Shown: one piece after another, positions 18,318-27,994 of the stretch | Position numbering within the stretch: position 1 is the first letter of the stretch | How the letters are laid out: every line of letters starts with the position of its first letter | Origin: Dehalococcoidia bacterium | GTDB taxonomy: Bacteria; Chloroflexota; Dehalococcoidia; UBA6926 | DNA: 64,000 nt | Direction: 5' to 3' | Assembly (NCBI GenBank): GCA_963666115.2 | Contig: CAXXET010000006.1 | Span: 160,001-224,000, forward strand | Made by a program: the position numbers and the translations under genes | Notes under the pieces: generated by a model | What the model was told of the DNA's origin: nothing | Database searches by the model: none | What the model saw: only the letters and a program-made list of their open reading frames with translations

Positions 18318-19109
18318 GTGAGCAGGTTTGTATCGCTTCATTTGTTGGTTGGGGCGGTTTTGGTTTTGGCAGTGGGGTTCGTTGGGGGGTGTTTTGGGGG
18401 CGGCGGGAGCGGCGGGGATGGTGAGGGGGACGTGCTTGTGCCTGCGCCTTCGGCTACCGCTACTCCGGCGGCTACGATGATTCCTTTGCGGCCTGCCAGT
18501 ACTCCTACTGCTTCCGCTAGTCCCACCGGCGTGGGGAATGAGCCGACTGTGACGCCTGTTCCGGCGGGGCCGACGGCTACTGCGGAGCCTGCGGGGTGGT
18601 GGGTGGTTGCGGAGTCGACGTGGGAGGAGACGTTCCATGTTTCGGTGGAGATTTATGGGGCTTCCACCGTGACATCGGAGGGGGAGTTCCGGGCGCGGAC
18701 CCGGCTTGAGAACGTTGGGGACGAGTCGCAGGAGTATATCCGGTGGAGCCAGTTCGATCCTGCCGTTCCGACGTGGATGGCGCTGCCTGCGCCGCCCGTT
18801 TCCGATGACACTGGGGGGCGGCCTGGGCTGCGGCTGATCGCGCTCCATGCTGACGATGATGATTTCGGGTCGGTGGAGGAATTTCCCAAGACTGAGACGG
18901 GTTCGCTGGAGCCCGGGGGCGTCGTTGAGCGGGAGGTGTCCTGGGATTTGACGGTGGCGGTTTCGGGTTCGCGGGAACGGTCGCCGGCGGCGGACGGGGT
19001 GTATACGCTTCGGGTTGAGCTTTATCCGCGGGGGGGGGATCAGTATCCGGGGTTGCCGGACGTGCTTTTGGAGTTTCCGATTCGGTTGGAGAGGGGAGTG
19101 GGGGGTTAG
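18318..19109 (+). CDS. Hypothetical lipoprotein
   Basis: Signal peptide with VGGC lipobox, Pro/Thr/Ala linker, beta-rich C-terminal domain. Confidence 0.6.
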   Translation: MSRFVSLHLLVGAVLVLAVGFVGGCFGGGGSGGDGEGDVLVPAPSATATPAATMIPLRPASTPTASASPTGVGNEPTVTPVPAGPTATAEPAGWWVVAESTWEETFHVSVEIYGASTVTSEGEFRARTRLENVGDESQEYIRWSQFDPAVPTWMALPAPPVSDDTGGRPGLRLIALHADDDDFGSVEEFPKTETGSLEPGGVVEREVSWDLTVAVSGSRERSPAADGVYTLRVELYPRGGDQYPGLPDVLLEFPIRLERGVGG

Positions 19110-20527
19110 TCGAGGAGTTTTGTGGGGTTCATTATGTTGGCGGGGTCGAGGGCGGTTTTGATGGAGCGGATTAGGTGGACGCCGCCATCGCCGAGTTCTT
19201 TGGGCAATAGGTGCTTGAGGCGGACGCCTACGCCGTGACAGTACTCGACGGTGCCGCCCATGTTTACCGCTTCGGTGATCATGGCGTCTGCGGTTTCGCG
19301 GATGCGCTGCCAGCCGTCGGGACTGCCTGACGGGTCGGCGGCGATGATGGAGAACATCTCCGGCTCTCCCCATACGGCACATTCGACGACGCTCAGGCCG
19401 GCTTCGTCAAACATCTTGATGGCGGCGAACCGCAGGTCGAGCACCTTGGAGATGGGGACGGCGGTGTGGACGTGGGCGCTGCCTCGCCTGCCGCGGTCGC
19501 GCCAGGGGTGTCGTTGGCCTGCGGCGCGTGCTTCCTTGTAGCGGAGGCCGGAGTCGTGGCGGTCTTCCCAGAATGATTGGGCAATCTCAGGGTCCAGCGC
19601 CCGCGCGCCGTATGCGGAGACGATTTCCCAAACGGTCTGCTCCTGGATATCGAGTTCGGCGGAGCCGCCCTCCAGGCTGAGGTGGAGCTGGGAGCGGCCG
19701 GGGGCGTCGGCGATGATGGGCTGGCCGCCGGATTCGGACTCGTCCTCCTGGGCGAAATCGACCATGGCAGGAGTCAGCCCCTCGCTGAAGAGCCGCTCGA
19801 TGGCGAAAAAGCCCTGCTGAAAGCTGTCGAACTCGAGGGCATAGTGGCGTCGTTCTTCGAGTTCGGGATAGACGCGGATTGTCGCTTCGGTAATGACTCC
19901 GAAGATGCCCTCCGTGCCGATGGAGAGGCTCGTCATGTCCAGCCCGGCGGCGACGTGGGGGCGGAGGGCGCGGGTGCGGACGACCTGGCCGGTCGGGAGG
20001 ACGACCTCCAGGCCGACGACCTGGCGCCCCATGGGGCCGTATTTGGCGGCGAGGTAGCCGACGCCGTTGGTTGAGATTGCGCCGCCGACGGTTGCGACGG
20101 GTTGGCTCCAGGGATCATGACCGACGAAGTGGTTGGCGTGCCGGAGGATTTCTTCGAGGTCGCCGAGGACGACGCCGGGCTGGACGGTGGCCGTGCCGTC
20201 CTGGAGGCTGACATCGAGGATCTTGTCCATGGAGGCCATGTCCAGGACGATGCCGGGGACGGTTGTGGACGCGCCGCCCATGACGCCTGTTCCGGCTCCG
20301 TAAGGGATGACGGGGACGCGGGCTTTTGTTGCGGCTTTGAGGATTTCGGCGACGTGGGCGGTGGATTGGGGGCGGATGACGGCGAGGGGTCCTTCGACAG
20401 GCTCAGGATGAAATGAGGGGGTGGGGATGGCGTCTTCGGCGTAGTCGGCGAGGGTGGGGGGGTCAGTGAGGACGTTGTCGCGGCTGACTATTTGGGTGAT
20501 TTCTATGAGGAAGTCGTTGGTGGTCAT
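19106..20527 (-). CDS. FAD-binding oxidoreductase (GlcD/ADPS-like)
   Basis: PYGAGTGVMGG, VQPGV, ATVGGAISTNG, GLEVVLPTG, IGTEGIFGVIT, YCHGVG, KTALDPANIMNP; ATGA overlap with purQ. Confidence 0.9.
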   Translation of the reverse strand: MTTNDFLIEITQIVSRDNVLTDPPTLADYAEDAIPTPSFHPEPVEGPLAVIRPQSTAHVAEILKAATKARVPVIPYGAGTGVMGGASTTVPGIVLDMASMDKILDVSLQDGTATVQPGVVLGDLEEILRHANHFVGHDPWSQPVATVGGAISTNGVGYLAAKYGPMGRQVVGLEVVLPTGQVVRTRALRPHVAAGLDMTSLSIGTEGIFGVITEATIRVYPELEERRHYALEFDSFQQGFFAIERLFSEGLTPAMVDFAQEDESESGGQPIIADAPGRSQLHLSLEGGSAELDIQEQTVWEIVSAYGARALDPEIAQSFWEDRHDSGLRYKEARAAGQRHPWRDRGRRGSAHVHTAVPISKVLDLRFAAIKMFDEAGLSVVECAVWGEPEMFSIIAADPSGSPDGWQRIRETADAMITEAVNMGGTVEYCHGVGVRLKHLLPKELGDGGVHLIRSIKTALDPANIMNPTKLLD

Positions 20528-21207
20528 GGTTTGAGGATGGAGGCGAAGATGGGGCGGCCGTCTGTGCTGCCGAGTTCGGGCTCGCAGCAGCGTTCGGGGT
20601 GGGGCATCATGCCGAGGACGTTGCGGTTTTGGTTGACGATGCCGGCGATGTTGGCGAGCGCGCCGTTGGGGTTGGCGCCAGGGGTGATTTCGCCTTCGGG
20701 GGTTGCGTAGCGGAAGATGATGCGGTTTTCGCGTTCGAGTTGGGCGATGGTGTCCGGGTCGGCGAAGTAGTTGCCGTCGCCGTGGGAGATGGGGATGTTG
20801 AGGACATCGCCCTGCTGTGAGAGCGACGTGAAGCGGCTGTCCGTGGTCTCGACGCGGAGGTTGGTCCACTGGCAGCGGTATTGGAGGTGGGCGTTGCGGA
20901 GGAGGGCGCCGGGGAGGAGTTGGGCTTCGCAGAGGACCTGGAAGCCGTTGCAGATGCCTATGACGGTCTTGCCCTCTTCGGCCATGCGGCGGATGCCGTC
21001 CATGACGGGGGAGAAGCGGGCGATTGCGCCGGGGCGGAGGTGGTCGCCGTGGGCAAAGCCGCCGGGGAGGACGGCGAGATCGTAGGCGGAGAGGTCGCTT
21101 TGGGTGTGCCAGACATAGTCCGTGGGGGTGTCAAAGACGTTGGTGAGGACGTGGTGGCAGTCTGCGTCGCTCCAGGTGCCGGGGAAGACTATGACGGCGG
21201 CTTTCAT
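20524..21207 (-). CDS. purQ: Phosphoribosylformylglycinamidine synthase subunit PurQ
   Basis: VFPGT, LPGGFAHGDHLRPG, GICNGFQVL, SHGDGNY, NPNG, GMMPHPER. Confidence 0.97.
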   Translation of the reverse strand: MKAAVIVFPGTWSDADCHHVLTNVFDTPTDYVWHTQSDLSAYDLAVLPGGFAHGDHLRPGAIARFSPVMDGIRRMAEEGKTVIGICNGFQVLCEAQLLPGALLRNAHLQYRCQWTNLRVETTDSRFTSLSQQGDVLNIPISHGDGNYFADPDTIAQLERENRIIFRYATPEGEITPGANPNGALANIAGIVNQNRNVLGMMPHPERCCEPELGSTDGRPIFASILKP

Positions 21208-21212
21208 GGTGG

Positions 21213-21665
21213 TCAGGAGAGGAGTTGTTGGACGATGTCTGAGACGTCTTTGCCGTCTGCGCGGCCTCTCATGGCGGGCATGAGGGCGCCCATGACGCGG
21301 CCGCGGTCGGCCATGCTGCGCGCGCCGAGGTCGTCGATGATTTTGCGGGCCTCGGCTTCGATTTCGTCGCGGGAGAGGCGCTCCGGGAGGTAGGACATGA
21401 CGACGGCGAGTTCGGCTTCCTGATCGTCGAGGCCGTCTTCGCGTCCGGCCTTGCGGAACTCGTCGATGGTTTCCTTGCGCTGGCGGGCCTCGCGGGCGAG
21501 GACATCGGCGGCCTCGGTGTCGTCGAGGGCCGTGTTGGGGCCTTTGGCGATGGCGGCGTTCTGGAGGGCGCTGCGCATCATGCGGATGGCGGACAGGCGG
21601 GGGCGGTCACGGTCGCGCATGGCCTGTTTCATGTCTTGTTCAAGTTGTTCGACGATGGTGGACAT
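21213..21665 (-). CDS. GatB/YqeY domain protein
   Basis: DMKQAMR...RKETIDEFRKAGR...YLP...GRVMG...GRADGK. Confidence 0.9.
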   Translation of the reverse strand: MSTIVEQLEQDMKQAMRDRDRPRLSAIRMMRSALQNAAIAKGPNTALDDTEAADVLAREARQRKETIDEFRKAGREDGLDDQEAELAVVMSYLPERLSRDEIEAEARKIIDDLGARSMADRGRVMGALMPAMRGRADGKDVSDIVQQLLS

Positions 21666-21705
21666 GGGTGAATTATGGCATAAGCGAGTAGATTCTTCGC
21701 TGCGC

Positions 21706-22362
21706 TCAGAATGACATTGCGAGGATGCGTTGGATTACTTGTTGGGGGGTTAGGTTGTCTGTGGGGATGAGATGGGCATCGTTGGCGGGTTTTAGGGGGG
21801 AATCGGCGCGTTCAAGGTCACGTTGGTCACGTTCCTGGAGTTCGGCGAGGACCTGGGGGTAGTCGCTGGGTTGGCCTCGTTCGAGGGTTTCGGCGTGGCG
21901 GCGTTGGGCGCGGGCTTCGGCGGATGCGTCAAGGTAGATTTTGAGGGGGGCGTCGTAGAGGACGACTGTGCCGATGTCGCGTCCGACCATGACGACGCGG
22001 CCATTTGCCCGCTCCGCCATGTTTCGCTGCATTGCGACGAGGACGCGGCGGACGCCGGAGAGGATGGCGACGCGGGATGCGGCGGCTGCGACTTCGGGGG
22101 AGGCGATCACATCGCTGATGTCCTCGCCGTTTATGGTTACGCGGGAGTCATCGACGGCGATTTCCGAGCGCTGCGCCAGGGGGACAACGGTGTCTTCGGA
22201 CCAGTCTTGCAGATTGGCTCGCAGGGCGAGCAGGCCGACGGCGCGGTAGAAGAGGCCGGTATCGACAAAAGTCCATCCGAGGGCCTGGGCGACGCCGCGC
22301 CCGACGGTGGTCTTGCCGGACGCGACGGGGCCGTCGAGGGCGATGGGGCCTGGATGTGTCAT
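21706..22362 (-). CDS. cmk: Cytidylate kinase
   Basis: IALDGPVASGKTT, DTGLFYRA, GRDIGTVV, RAQRR, ERDQRD. Confidence 0.95.
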   Translation of the reverse strand: MTHPGPIALDGPVASGKTTVGRGVAQALGWTFVDTGLFYRAVGLLALRANLQDWSEDTVVPLAQRSEIAVDDSRVTINGEDISDVIASPEVAAAASRVAILSGVRRVLVAMQRNMAERANGRVVMVGRDIGTVVLYDAPLKIYLDASAEARAQRRHAETLERGQPSDYPQVLAELQERDQRDLERADSPLKPANDAHLIPTDNLTPQQVIQRILAMSF

Positions 22363-22416
22363 GGATGCGCCCCCTGTGCGCGCGTGTATGGGCGCGAGTC
22401 ATGCCATAATCTAGCC

Positions 22417-22944
22417 ATGAACAACTGGGTGGACTTTGTGATTCTTGCCGCGCTTGCGGCGCCGGCCTTCGGGGGTCTGCGGGTCGGGCTGATCAAGGCT
22501 GTGACGAGCTTCGCGTCCATTATCATCGGCATCACGCTTGCCACGCTGTTCTGGCGGCAGGCGGCGGCCCTCGTCGAGGCGTTCGTGTCCGATGAGCGGC
22601 TGGCGGCATTCATTGGCTATTCGTCGATTGTCCTTGTCGTCATTATCATAGGTGTTGTCGTCGCATTCTTCCTGCGGACGCTGCTGACGATGCTGCTGCT
22701 GGGCTGGGTGGACAAGGTGGGGGGCGTGGTATTCGGGCTCGCCATCGGGAGTATTATCGTTGCGACAATGATTTTCGCGCTTGAGTCGTTCGGAGGCACA
22801 TTTGGCAAGGAGGCGCTGGCCGGGTCGGCGCTGAGCGGCTATTTCGACTTCCTCGTGCCCATCCTGCGGGAGGTCGCGGGGGATATCGACTTGCCGTCGG
22901 TCAGCCCGTCGAACGTCGTGGACCTGGTGCGCAGCGATGGATAA
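22417..22944 (+). CDS. CvpA-family membrane protein
   Basis: MNNWVDFVIL...GLRVGLI...LGWVDKVGGVVFG. Confidence 0.85.
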   Translation: MNNWVDFVILAALAAPAFGGLRVGLIKAVTSFASIIIGITLATLFWRQAAALVEAFVSDERLAAFIGYSSIVLVVIIIGVVVAFFLRTLLTMLLLGWVDKVGGVVFGLAIGSIIVATMIFALESFGGTFGKEALAGSALSGYFDFLVPILREVAGDIDLPSVSPSNVVDLVRSDG

Positions 22945-23536
22945 GAGCGCGACCAACGGCGCAGCGACGGCGGATCGGGAGACCGGGCGGCCGGGCGTGG
23001 CGCAGATTCTCAATTCCGCGGTTCTCGTGCTGAACGGCAATTTCGAGCCGCTGAACGTGACGCGGGTTCGACGCGCGCTGCTGCTGTTGATCCGGGGCAA
23101 GGCGGAGATGATCGAGAACGGGCGGGGGCACCTGCAGGCGGAGACGGCGCGGCTGGAGGTGCCGTCCGTGATCCGGTTGTCCAGCTACGTGCGGCGTCCC
23201 ATCCAGCCGCTGCGGCTTACTCGACGCGACGTGTTTTTGCGGGACGGGAACACGTGCCAGTACTGCGGGAAGCCGTCCAGGGAGTTGACGCTGGATCACG
23301 TGCTGCCGCGTCACCGGGGCGGGCAGAACACGTGGGACAACGTGGTGGCGGCGTGCGTGCGGTGCAATCACCGCAAGGCGGGGCGGACGCCACGGGAGGC
23401 GGGGATGCACCTGCTGACTGTACCCGTTGCGCCGCGCCCGAATCCGTATCACACGTTCTACCGGTTCCTGGGGGCGAATGAGAGCTGGAGGAAGTTCTTC
23501 CCGGAGCCGCGCAGAGGGTCGTCACACGGGCTATAA
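22937..23536 (+). CDS. HNH endonuclease
   Basis: VLVLNGNFEPL, PSVIRL, RDGNTCQYCG, TLDHVLPRHRGG, WDNVVAACVRCNHRK. Confidence 0.92.
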   Translation: MDKSATNGAATADRETGRPGVAQILNSAVLVLNGNFEPLNVTRVRRALLLLIRGKAEMIENGRGHLQAETARLEVPSVIRLSSYVRRPIQPLRLTRRDVFLRDGNTCQYCGKPSRELTLDHVLPRHRGGQNTWDNVVAACVRCNHRKAGRTPREAGMHLLTVPVAPRPNPYHTFYRFLGANESWRKFFPEPRRGSSHGL

Positions 23537-23600
23537 TAGGGTAGTGATCGATTTCCAACCGACAACCCGGACAACCGTGATTCGAAGGAGCTAGACAGGC

Positions 23601-23852
23601 ATGGCGTACATCATCGCAGAGCCCTGCATCGACCTGAAAGACGCCTCATGCGTCGATGTGTGTCCCGTGGACTGCATCCACACGACGGACGAGGACAACA
23701 TGTACTACATCCACCCGGATGAGTGCATCGACTGCGCGGCCTGCGAGCCTGTTTGCCCGGTGACCGCCATCTTCGAGGAGAGCGAACTCCCTGAGGAGTG
23801 GAACAGCTTCATCGCGCTGAACCGGGATTGGCCGGGCTGGGACGCGCGGTAA
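23601..23852 (+). CDS. Dicluster ferredoxin
   Basis: CVDVCPVDCI, IHPDECIDCAACEPVCPV; RBS AAGGAG. Confidence 0.95.
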   Translation: MAYIIAEPCIDLKDASCVDVCPVDCIHTTDEDNMYYIHPDECIDCAACEPVCPVTAIFEESELPEEWNSFIALNRDWPGWDAR

Positions 23853-24435
23853 GGCGCCGTTTTTTCAGCAGCAGGAAGTATTCGCGATTTCCTTTCGGGC
23901 CCATAAGCGAAGACTCGCGCACGCCCAGAACCTGGAGCCCGTTTTCGATTGCCCATAGGGCCACATCGGCGATTGCGCTTGCCCGCGCGGCGGGAGATTT
24001 GACTACGCCGCCCCGGCCTACTGATTCGCGTCCGGCTTCGAACTGCGGCTTGACGAGGGCCAGGATAATGCCGCCGGGGGTGAGGGTTTCGATGATGCTG
24101 GGCAGGACGAGGCGCAGCGAGATAAAAGACACGTCCGCGACGGCGAAGCTGATTGGCTCTTCGATTTCGAGGGGATGGCGGGCGTTGCGGCGCTCCATGA
24201 CGACCACGCGGAGGTCGTTGCGCAGCGTCCACGCAAGCTGGCCGTATCCGACGTCGACCGCGTAGACGCGATCCGCGCCGCGCTTCAGCAGGCAGTCGGT
24301 GAATCCGCCGGTGGACGCCCCGACATCGAGGCAGACGAGGCCGGCAGGATCGAGGGCGAATGCGTCGAGGGCACCGGCGAGCTTGACGCCGCCTCGGCTC
24401 ACATAGTCCCCGCGCGATTGTTTTTGGCGCGACAT
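23809..24435 (-). CDS. tlyA: TlyA-family rRNA methyltransferase (no N-terminal S4 domain)
   Basis: YVSRGGVKL, LDVGASTGGFTDCLL, VDVGYGQL, DVSFISL, LVKPQFE, GPKGNREY. Confidence 0.9.
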   Translation of the reverse strand: MSRQKQSRGDYVSRGGVKLAGALDAFALDPAGLVCLDVGASTGGFTDCLLKRGADRVYAVDVGYGQLAWTLRNDLRVVVMERRNARHPLEIEEPISFAVADVSFISLRLVLPSIIETLTPGGIILALVKPQFEAGRESVGRGGVVKSPAARASAIADVALWAIENGLQVLGVRESSLMGPKGNREYFLLLKKRRLTARPSPANPGSAR

Positions 24436-24487
24436 ATCGCCCCTACAGTATCATTTGCGTGCGATATGGACGGGAGGGATATGTCCG

Positions 24488-25378
24488 ATGGCAGTTCTGC
24501 GCCTGCTCCGCCCGACGCAGTGGACGAAGAACGGGCTGCTGTTCCTGGCATTCGCCTTTTCGTTGAACCTGCACTGGGACCTTGACGATACGGCGGCGGC
24601 GCTGCGGCTGCTGGCGCAGGCGGCGATTGGGGCGGTCATCTACATCGGGCTGTCCGGCGCGACGTACATCATCAATGACATCATCGACGCGGACCGGGAC
24701 AGGGCGCATCCGACCAAGCGGGAGAGGCCGATTGCCGCGGGATACGTGACGCCGACTGTTGGCGGGTTCGTGTCCGCCGCGCTGCTCGTCGCGTGCCTGG
24801 GCGGGGCGTTCGCGATGAGCCCGCTGATGGGGCTGATCGCGGCGGGGTACGTCAGCCTGACCATCGGCTATTCGGCGCTGTTGAAGAATGTTGTGATCAT
24901 CGACGTGACGGCGGTTGCGGCGGCGTACCTGATCCGCGTCATGGCGGGGGCGGCGGCCATCGACGTGCCGATCTCGCCGTGGCTGTACGTGTGCACGACG
25001 TTGGGGGCGCTCTTGATCGCGATTGGCAAGCGGCACGGCGAGGTTGGGCTGATGGAGGACGGGGCGACGGGCAGCCGGGGCACGCTGGATCATTACACCA
25101 CCCCTCTGCTGAACCGGATGATTGCGGTGGTCGCGCCAGCGGCGTTGATCGCGTATGCGCTGTACACGGTCACGGCTCCGAATCTGCCGACGCAGATGAT
25201 CTTGACGATTCCGTTCATGCTGTACGGGGTGTTTCGCTACTTGCAGCTGGTGCGGATGGGGCAGATTACGGGGGAGCCGGAGCGAGTGCTGCTGCAGGAC
25301 AGGCCGATGATGCTGGCGGTGATTGCGTGGATGATGGCGGTCATCGCTATTTTATTGGTGTTCCCGCGCCCGGGCTAG
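24488..25378 (+). CDS. UbiA-family prenyltransferase (decaprenyl-phosphate phosphoribosyltransferase-like)
   Basis: LRPTQWTKN, YIINDIIDADRDRAHPTKRERPIAAG, YSALLK, GKRHGE, YGVFRY. Confidence 0.88.
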   Translation: MAVLRLLRPTQWTKNGLLFLAFAFSLNLHWDLDDTAAALRLLAQAAIGAVIYIGLSGATYIINDIIDADRDRAHPTKRERPIAAGYVTPTVGGFVSAALLVACLGGAFAMSPLMGLIAAGYVSLTIGYSALLKNVVIIDVTAVAAAYLIRVMAGAAAIDVPISPWLYVCTTLGALLIAIGKRHGEVGLMEDGATGSRGTLDHYTTPLLNRMIAVVAPAALIAYALYTVTAPNLPTQMILTIPFMLYGVFRYLQLVRMGQITGEPERVLLQDRPMMLAVIAWMMAVIAILLVFPRPG

Positions 25379-25409
25379 GTTATGATGCTTTGGGGGGCAG
25401 CGGGTATTC

Positions 25410-25958
25410 ATGTCATCGTCGCCGTATCGGGTCAGCATTCTTGCGGAGGAGCCGCATCGCAAGGCGGTCACCCAGCGCTGGGTGCGTGAGGTTATCCGCC
25501 GCGCCCTGGCGGCGGAGGATGCGCCGGCGGGCGGCCGCGTTGAAGTGCTCATCGCAGGGGACGCCACCGTTTCGTCGCTGAACCGGCAGTTTCTTGCGCA
25601 GCAGGGGACGACGGACGTGCTGTCGTTTCCCGCCGAGGCGTTGGCCGGGGAAGACGATTGGCCGACGAATACGGGGGCGGCGCGCGGCGACCTCGGCATG
25701 ATCGTGCTGTCCGCGCCGCAGGCTGCCGCGCAGGCGGAGGCCAACGGTTTGAGCGTCGAAGAGGAAACGGCCCACCTGCTCGTGCATGCGATTCTTCACC
25801 TGCTTGGGCATGACCACGTGCTGAGCGAGGATGAGGAAACGATGCGGGCGCGGGAGGACGCCATCCTGATGGACGTCATCGGCAGGCCGGTTCACGGCAC
25901 GGAGCCGATGGCGTCGTCGCATTCCGACGCGCACGAGGCGGCGGGGCAGGCGCTATGA
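25410..25958 (+). CDS. ybeY: rRNA maturation RNase YbeY
   Basis: LNRQF...TDVLSFP, LGMIV, HAILHLLGHDH. Confidence 0.93.
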   Translation: MSSSPYRVSILAEEPHRKAVTQRWVREVIRRALAAEDAPAGGRVEVLIAGDATVSSLNRQFLAQQGTTDVLSFPAEALAGEDDWPTNTGAARGDLGMIVLSAPQAAAQAEANGLSVEEETAHLLVHAILHLLGHDHVLSEDEETMRAREDAILMDVIGRPVHGTEPMASSHSDAHEAAGQAL

Positions 25959-27646
25959 CAACTGAACAGGCCGCTCAGGGCCCGCACCAGGTTCTCTATC
26001 GCAAGTGGCGTCCGCAGACGCTGGAGCAGGTTGTCGGGCAGGAGCACATTACGCAGACGCTCCTGAACGCGCTGGAGCGGGACAGGGTGGGTCATGCGTA
26101 CCTGTTCACCGGGCCGCGCGGGACGGGGAAGACGAGCACGGCGCGGATACTGGCGAAGGCGATCAACTGCGAGCCGACGGGCGGGCGGGGCGAGCCGTGC
26201 AATGAGTGCGAGCCCTGCCAGCAGATCACCGACGCATCGTTCCTCGATCTCGTGGAGATCGACGGGGCGTCGAACCGGGGCATCGACGAGATTCGCGACC
26301 TGCGCGAGAAGGTGCGGTTCATGCCGGCGCGGGGGCGGAAGAAGGTGTACATCATAGATGAGGTACACATGCTTACGGCGGCGGCGTTCAACGCGCTGCT
26401 GAAGACGCTGGAGGAGCCGCCGGACCACGTGGTGTTCCTATTGGCGACGACGGAGCCGCACGCCGTTCCGCTGACCATCGCGTCGCGGTGCCAGCGGTTT
26501 GATTTCCAGCGCATCCCGGAGGAACGGGCGGCGTCGCTGCTGGGGGAGATTGCCCATGCAGAGGGGCTGAGCATGGAGGCGGAGGCGCTGAACACGGTGG
26601 TGAAGGCGTCCGGGGGCAGCCTGCGGGATGCGGAGAACCTGCTGGAGCAGCTTGCGCTGACGGCGGGCGCGGACGCGACGGCGAACGATGCGCGGCAGTT
26701 GTTCGGCATCGCGGGGTCGGGGCGGGCGCGGGAGTTGATCGCGTCGCTGCTGGGAGAGAAGGATTTGGCGGCGGGGCTGCGCGGGCTTTCGGCCCTGCAC
26801 GCGGCGGGGGTGGACATGCGGCAGATTCACCGCGAGCTGGTGAATGAGCTGCGGGCGCTGATGCTGGTGCGGGCAGGGGCGGCGGACGTGCTGGATATAT
26901 CCGATGATGAGATTGGGTCGGCGCGGGGGCTGGCGGAGAAGATCGAGCTGCCGGTGATTCGCCACGCGCTGGGGCAGATTGCGCCGTTGTCCGTGCCGAG
27001 CGGGAGCGCGCCGCTGCCGTTGGAGATGGCGTTTGCGGGCATTTCGCTGAGCGAGGCGCCGGCGCGTCAACCGCAACCCCAACAGCAGTCACAGCCACAG
27101 CAGTCACAGCCGCAGCAGCGGGCCCCCCAGTCCAAGCCTGAGCCTGCCCAGCCACGGCAGGAGCCTGCGCGGCCAAGCAGTCCGTCGCGAGCGGAACCCG
27201 AGTACCCGCGCCAGGGCGCGCGGCAATCGCCGATGGTTTCGCAGAAGCAGGGCAGCGCGGAGCCGTTTGAGATGCCGGAGGGCGACCTGACATTTGAGGT
27301 CTTGAAGGACAAGTGGCGGCAACTGGTCGACGGACTGCGCGGGGTTGGCTCGGCAGGGAATCTCGACGCATTCCTGCGCAGCGTGTCCCAGCCGCTGGCC
27401 ATCGAGAACGACAACACGATCGTGATTGGGTTCATGCACGACTTTCACAAGAACAAGATCGACGACCCGAAGTACCGCCATCTGGTCGAACAGCGCTTCG
27501 CGCACCTGCTCGGGAAGCATTACACGATTCGATGCGAGAAGATCGGGCAGGAGGAGCGCAGCGGGGGGCACCTGGTGCGGGCGGCGCAGGCGATGGGCGG
27601 GCGGGTGGTCTCGGGGCGGGACCAGGACGAGGGCGACGCGGGCTAG
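25955..27646 (+). CDS. dnaX: DNA polymerase III subunit gamma/tau
   Basis: LYRKWRPQ, GPRGTGKTS, zinc module, EIDGASNRG, IIDEVHM, FNALLKTLEEPP, SRCQRF; Gln/Pro-rich linker. Confidence 0.97.
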   Translation: MTTEQAAQGPHQVLYRKWRPQTLEQVVGQEHITQTLLNALERDRVGHAYLFTGPRGTGKTSTARILAKAINCEPTGGRGEPCNECEPCQQITDASFLDLVEIDGASNRGIDEIRDLREKVRFMPARGRKKVYIIDEVHMLTAAAFNALLKTLEEPPDHVVFLLATTEPHAVPLTIASRCQRFDFQRIPEERAASLLGEIAHAEGLSMEAEALNTVVKASGGSLRDAENLLEQLALTAGADATANDARQLFGIAGSGRARELIASLLGEKDLAAGLRGLSALHAAGVDMRQIHRELVNELRALMLVRAGAADVLDISDDEIGSARGLAEKIELPVIRHALGQIAPLSVPSGSAPLPLEMAFAGISLSEAPARQPQPQQQSQPQQSQPQQRAPQSKPEPAQPRQEPARPSSPSRAEPEYPRQGARQSPMVSQKQGSAEPFEMPEGDLTFEVLKDKWRQLVDGLRGVGSAGNLDAFLRSVSQPLAIENDNTIVIGFMHDFHKNKIDDPKYRHLVEQRFAHLLGKHYTIRCEKIGQEERSGGHLVRAAQAMGGRVVSGRDQDEGDAG

Positions 27647-27671
27647 GCGCGCGTCGCGGGAGGGCAGGCGG

Positions 27672-27980
27672 ATGGGGATGAACCGGAACATGATGCGCCA
27701 GATGCAGCAACTCCAGTCGAAGCTGGAGAAGGCGCAGAACGAGTTGGGGGAGATGACGGTTGAGGGGAGCGCCGGGGGCGGGGCGGTGACGGTGGTCATG
27801 GACGGGCACCAGACGATCCGCTCGGTGTCCATCGCGCCGGAGGCGGTTGACCCGGAGGACATTGAGACGCTGGAAGACCTGGTGCTCGGCGCGGCCAACG
27901 ACGCGAACAACAAGGCCAAGGATCTGGCCAGCAGCCACCTCGGCTCCATCACGGGCGGGCTGGGGCTGCCCAATTTCTAG
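27672..27980 (+). CDS. ybaB: YbaB/EbfC nucleoid-associated protein
   Basis: VEGSAGGGAVTV, VDPEDIETLEDLV; conserved dnaX-ybaB-recR order. Confidence 0.93.
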   Translation: MGMNRNMMRQMQQLQSKLEKAQNELGEMTVEGSAGGGAVTVVMDGHQTIRSVSIAPEAVDPEDIETLEDLVLGAANDANNKAKDLASSHLGSITGGLGLPNF

Positions 27981-27994
27981 CGTTCGGGGCGAAC

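Noticed and set aside
18150-19382. N-terminal 411 aa of the 1392-aa ORF
   Set aside because: Arg/Pro-rich antisense read-through of the plus-strand lipoprotein gene; the real start is the signal peptide at 18149.
22937-23536. HNH nuclease as a mobile or defence element
   Set aside because: It belongs to a widespread stand-alone chromosomal HNH family, is coupled to cvpA and has no mobile context.
27060-27260. Programmed frameshift site in dnaX
   Set aside because: No A-AAA-AAG slippery site was seen; the region is a Gln/Pro-rich linker with a short CAGCAGTCACAGCC duplication.
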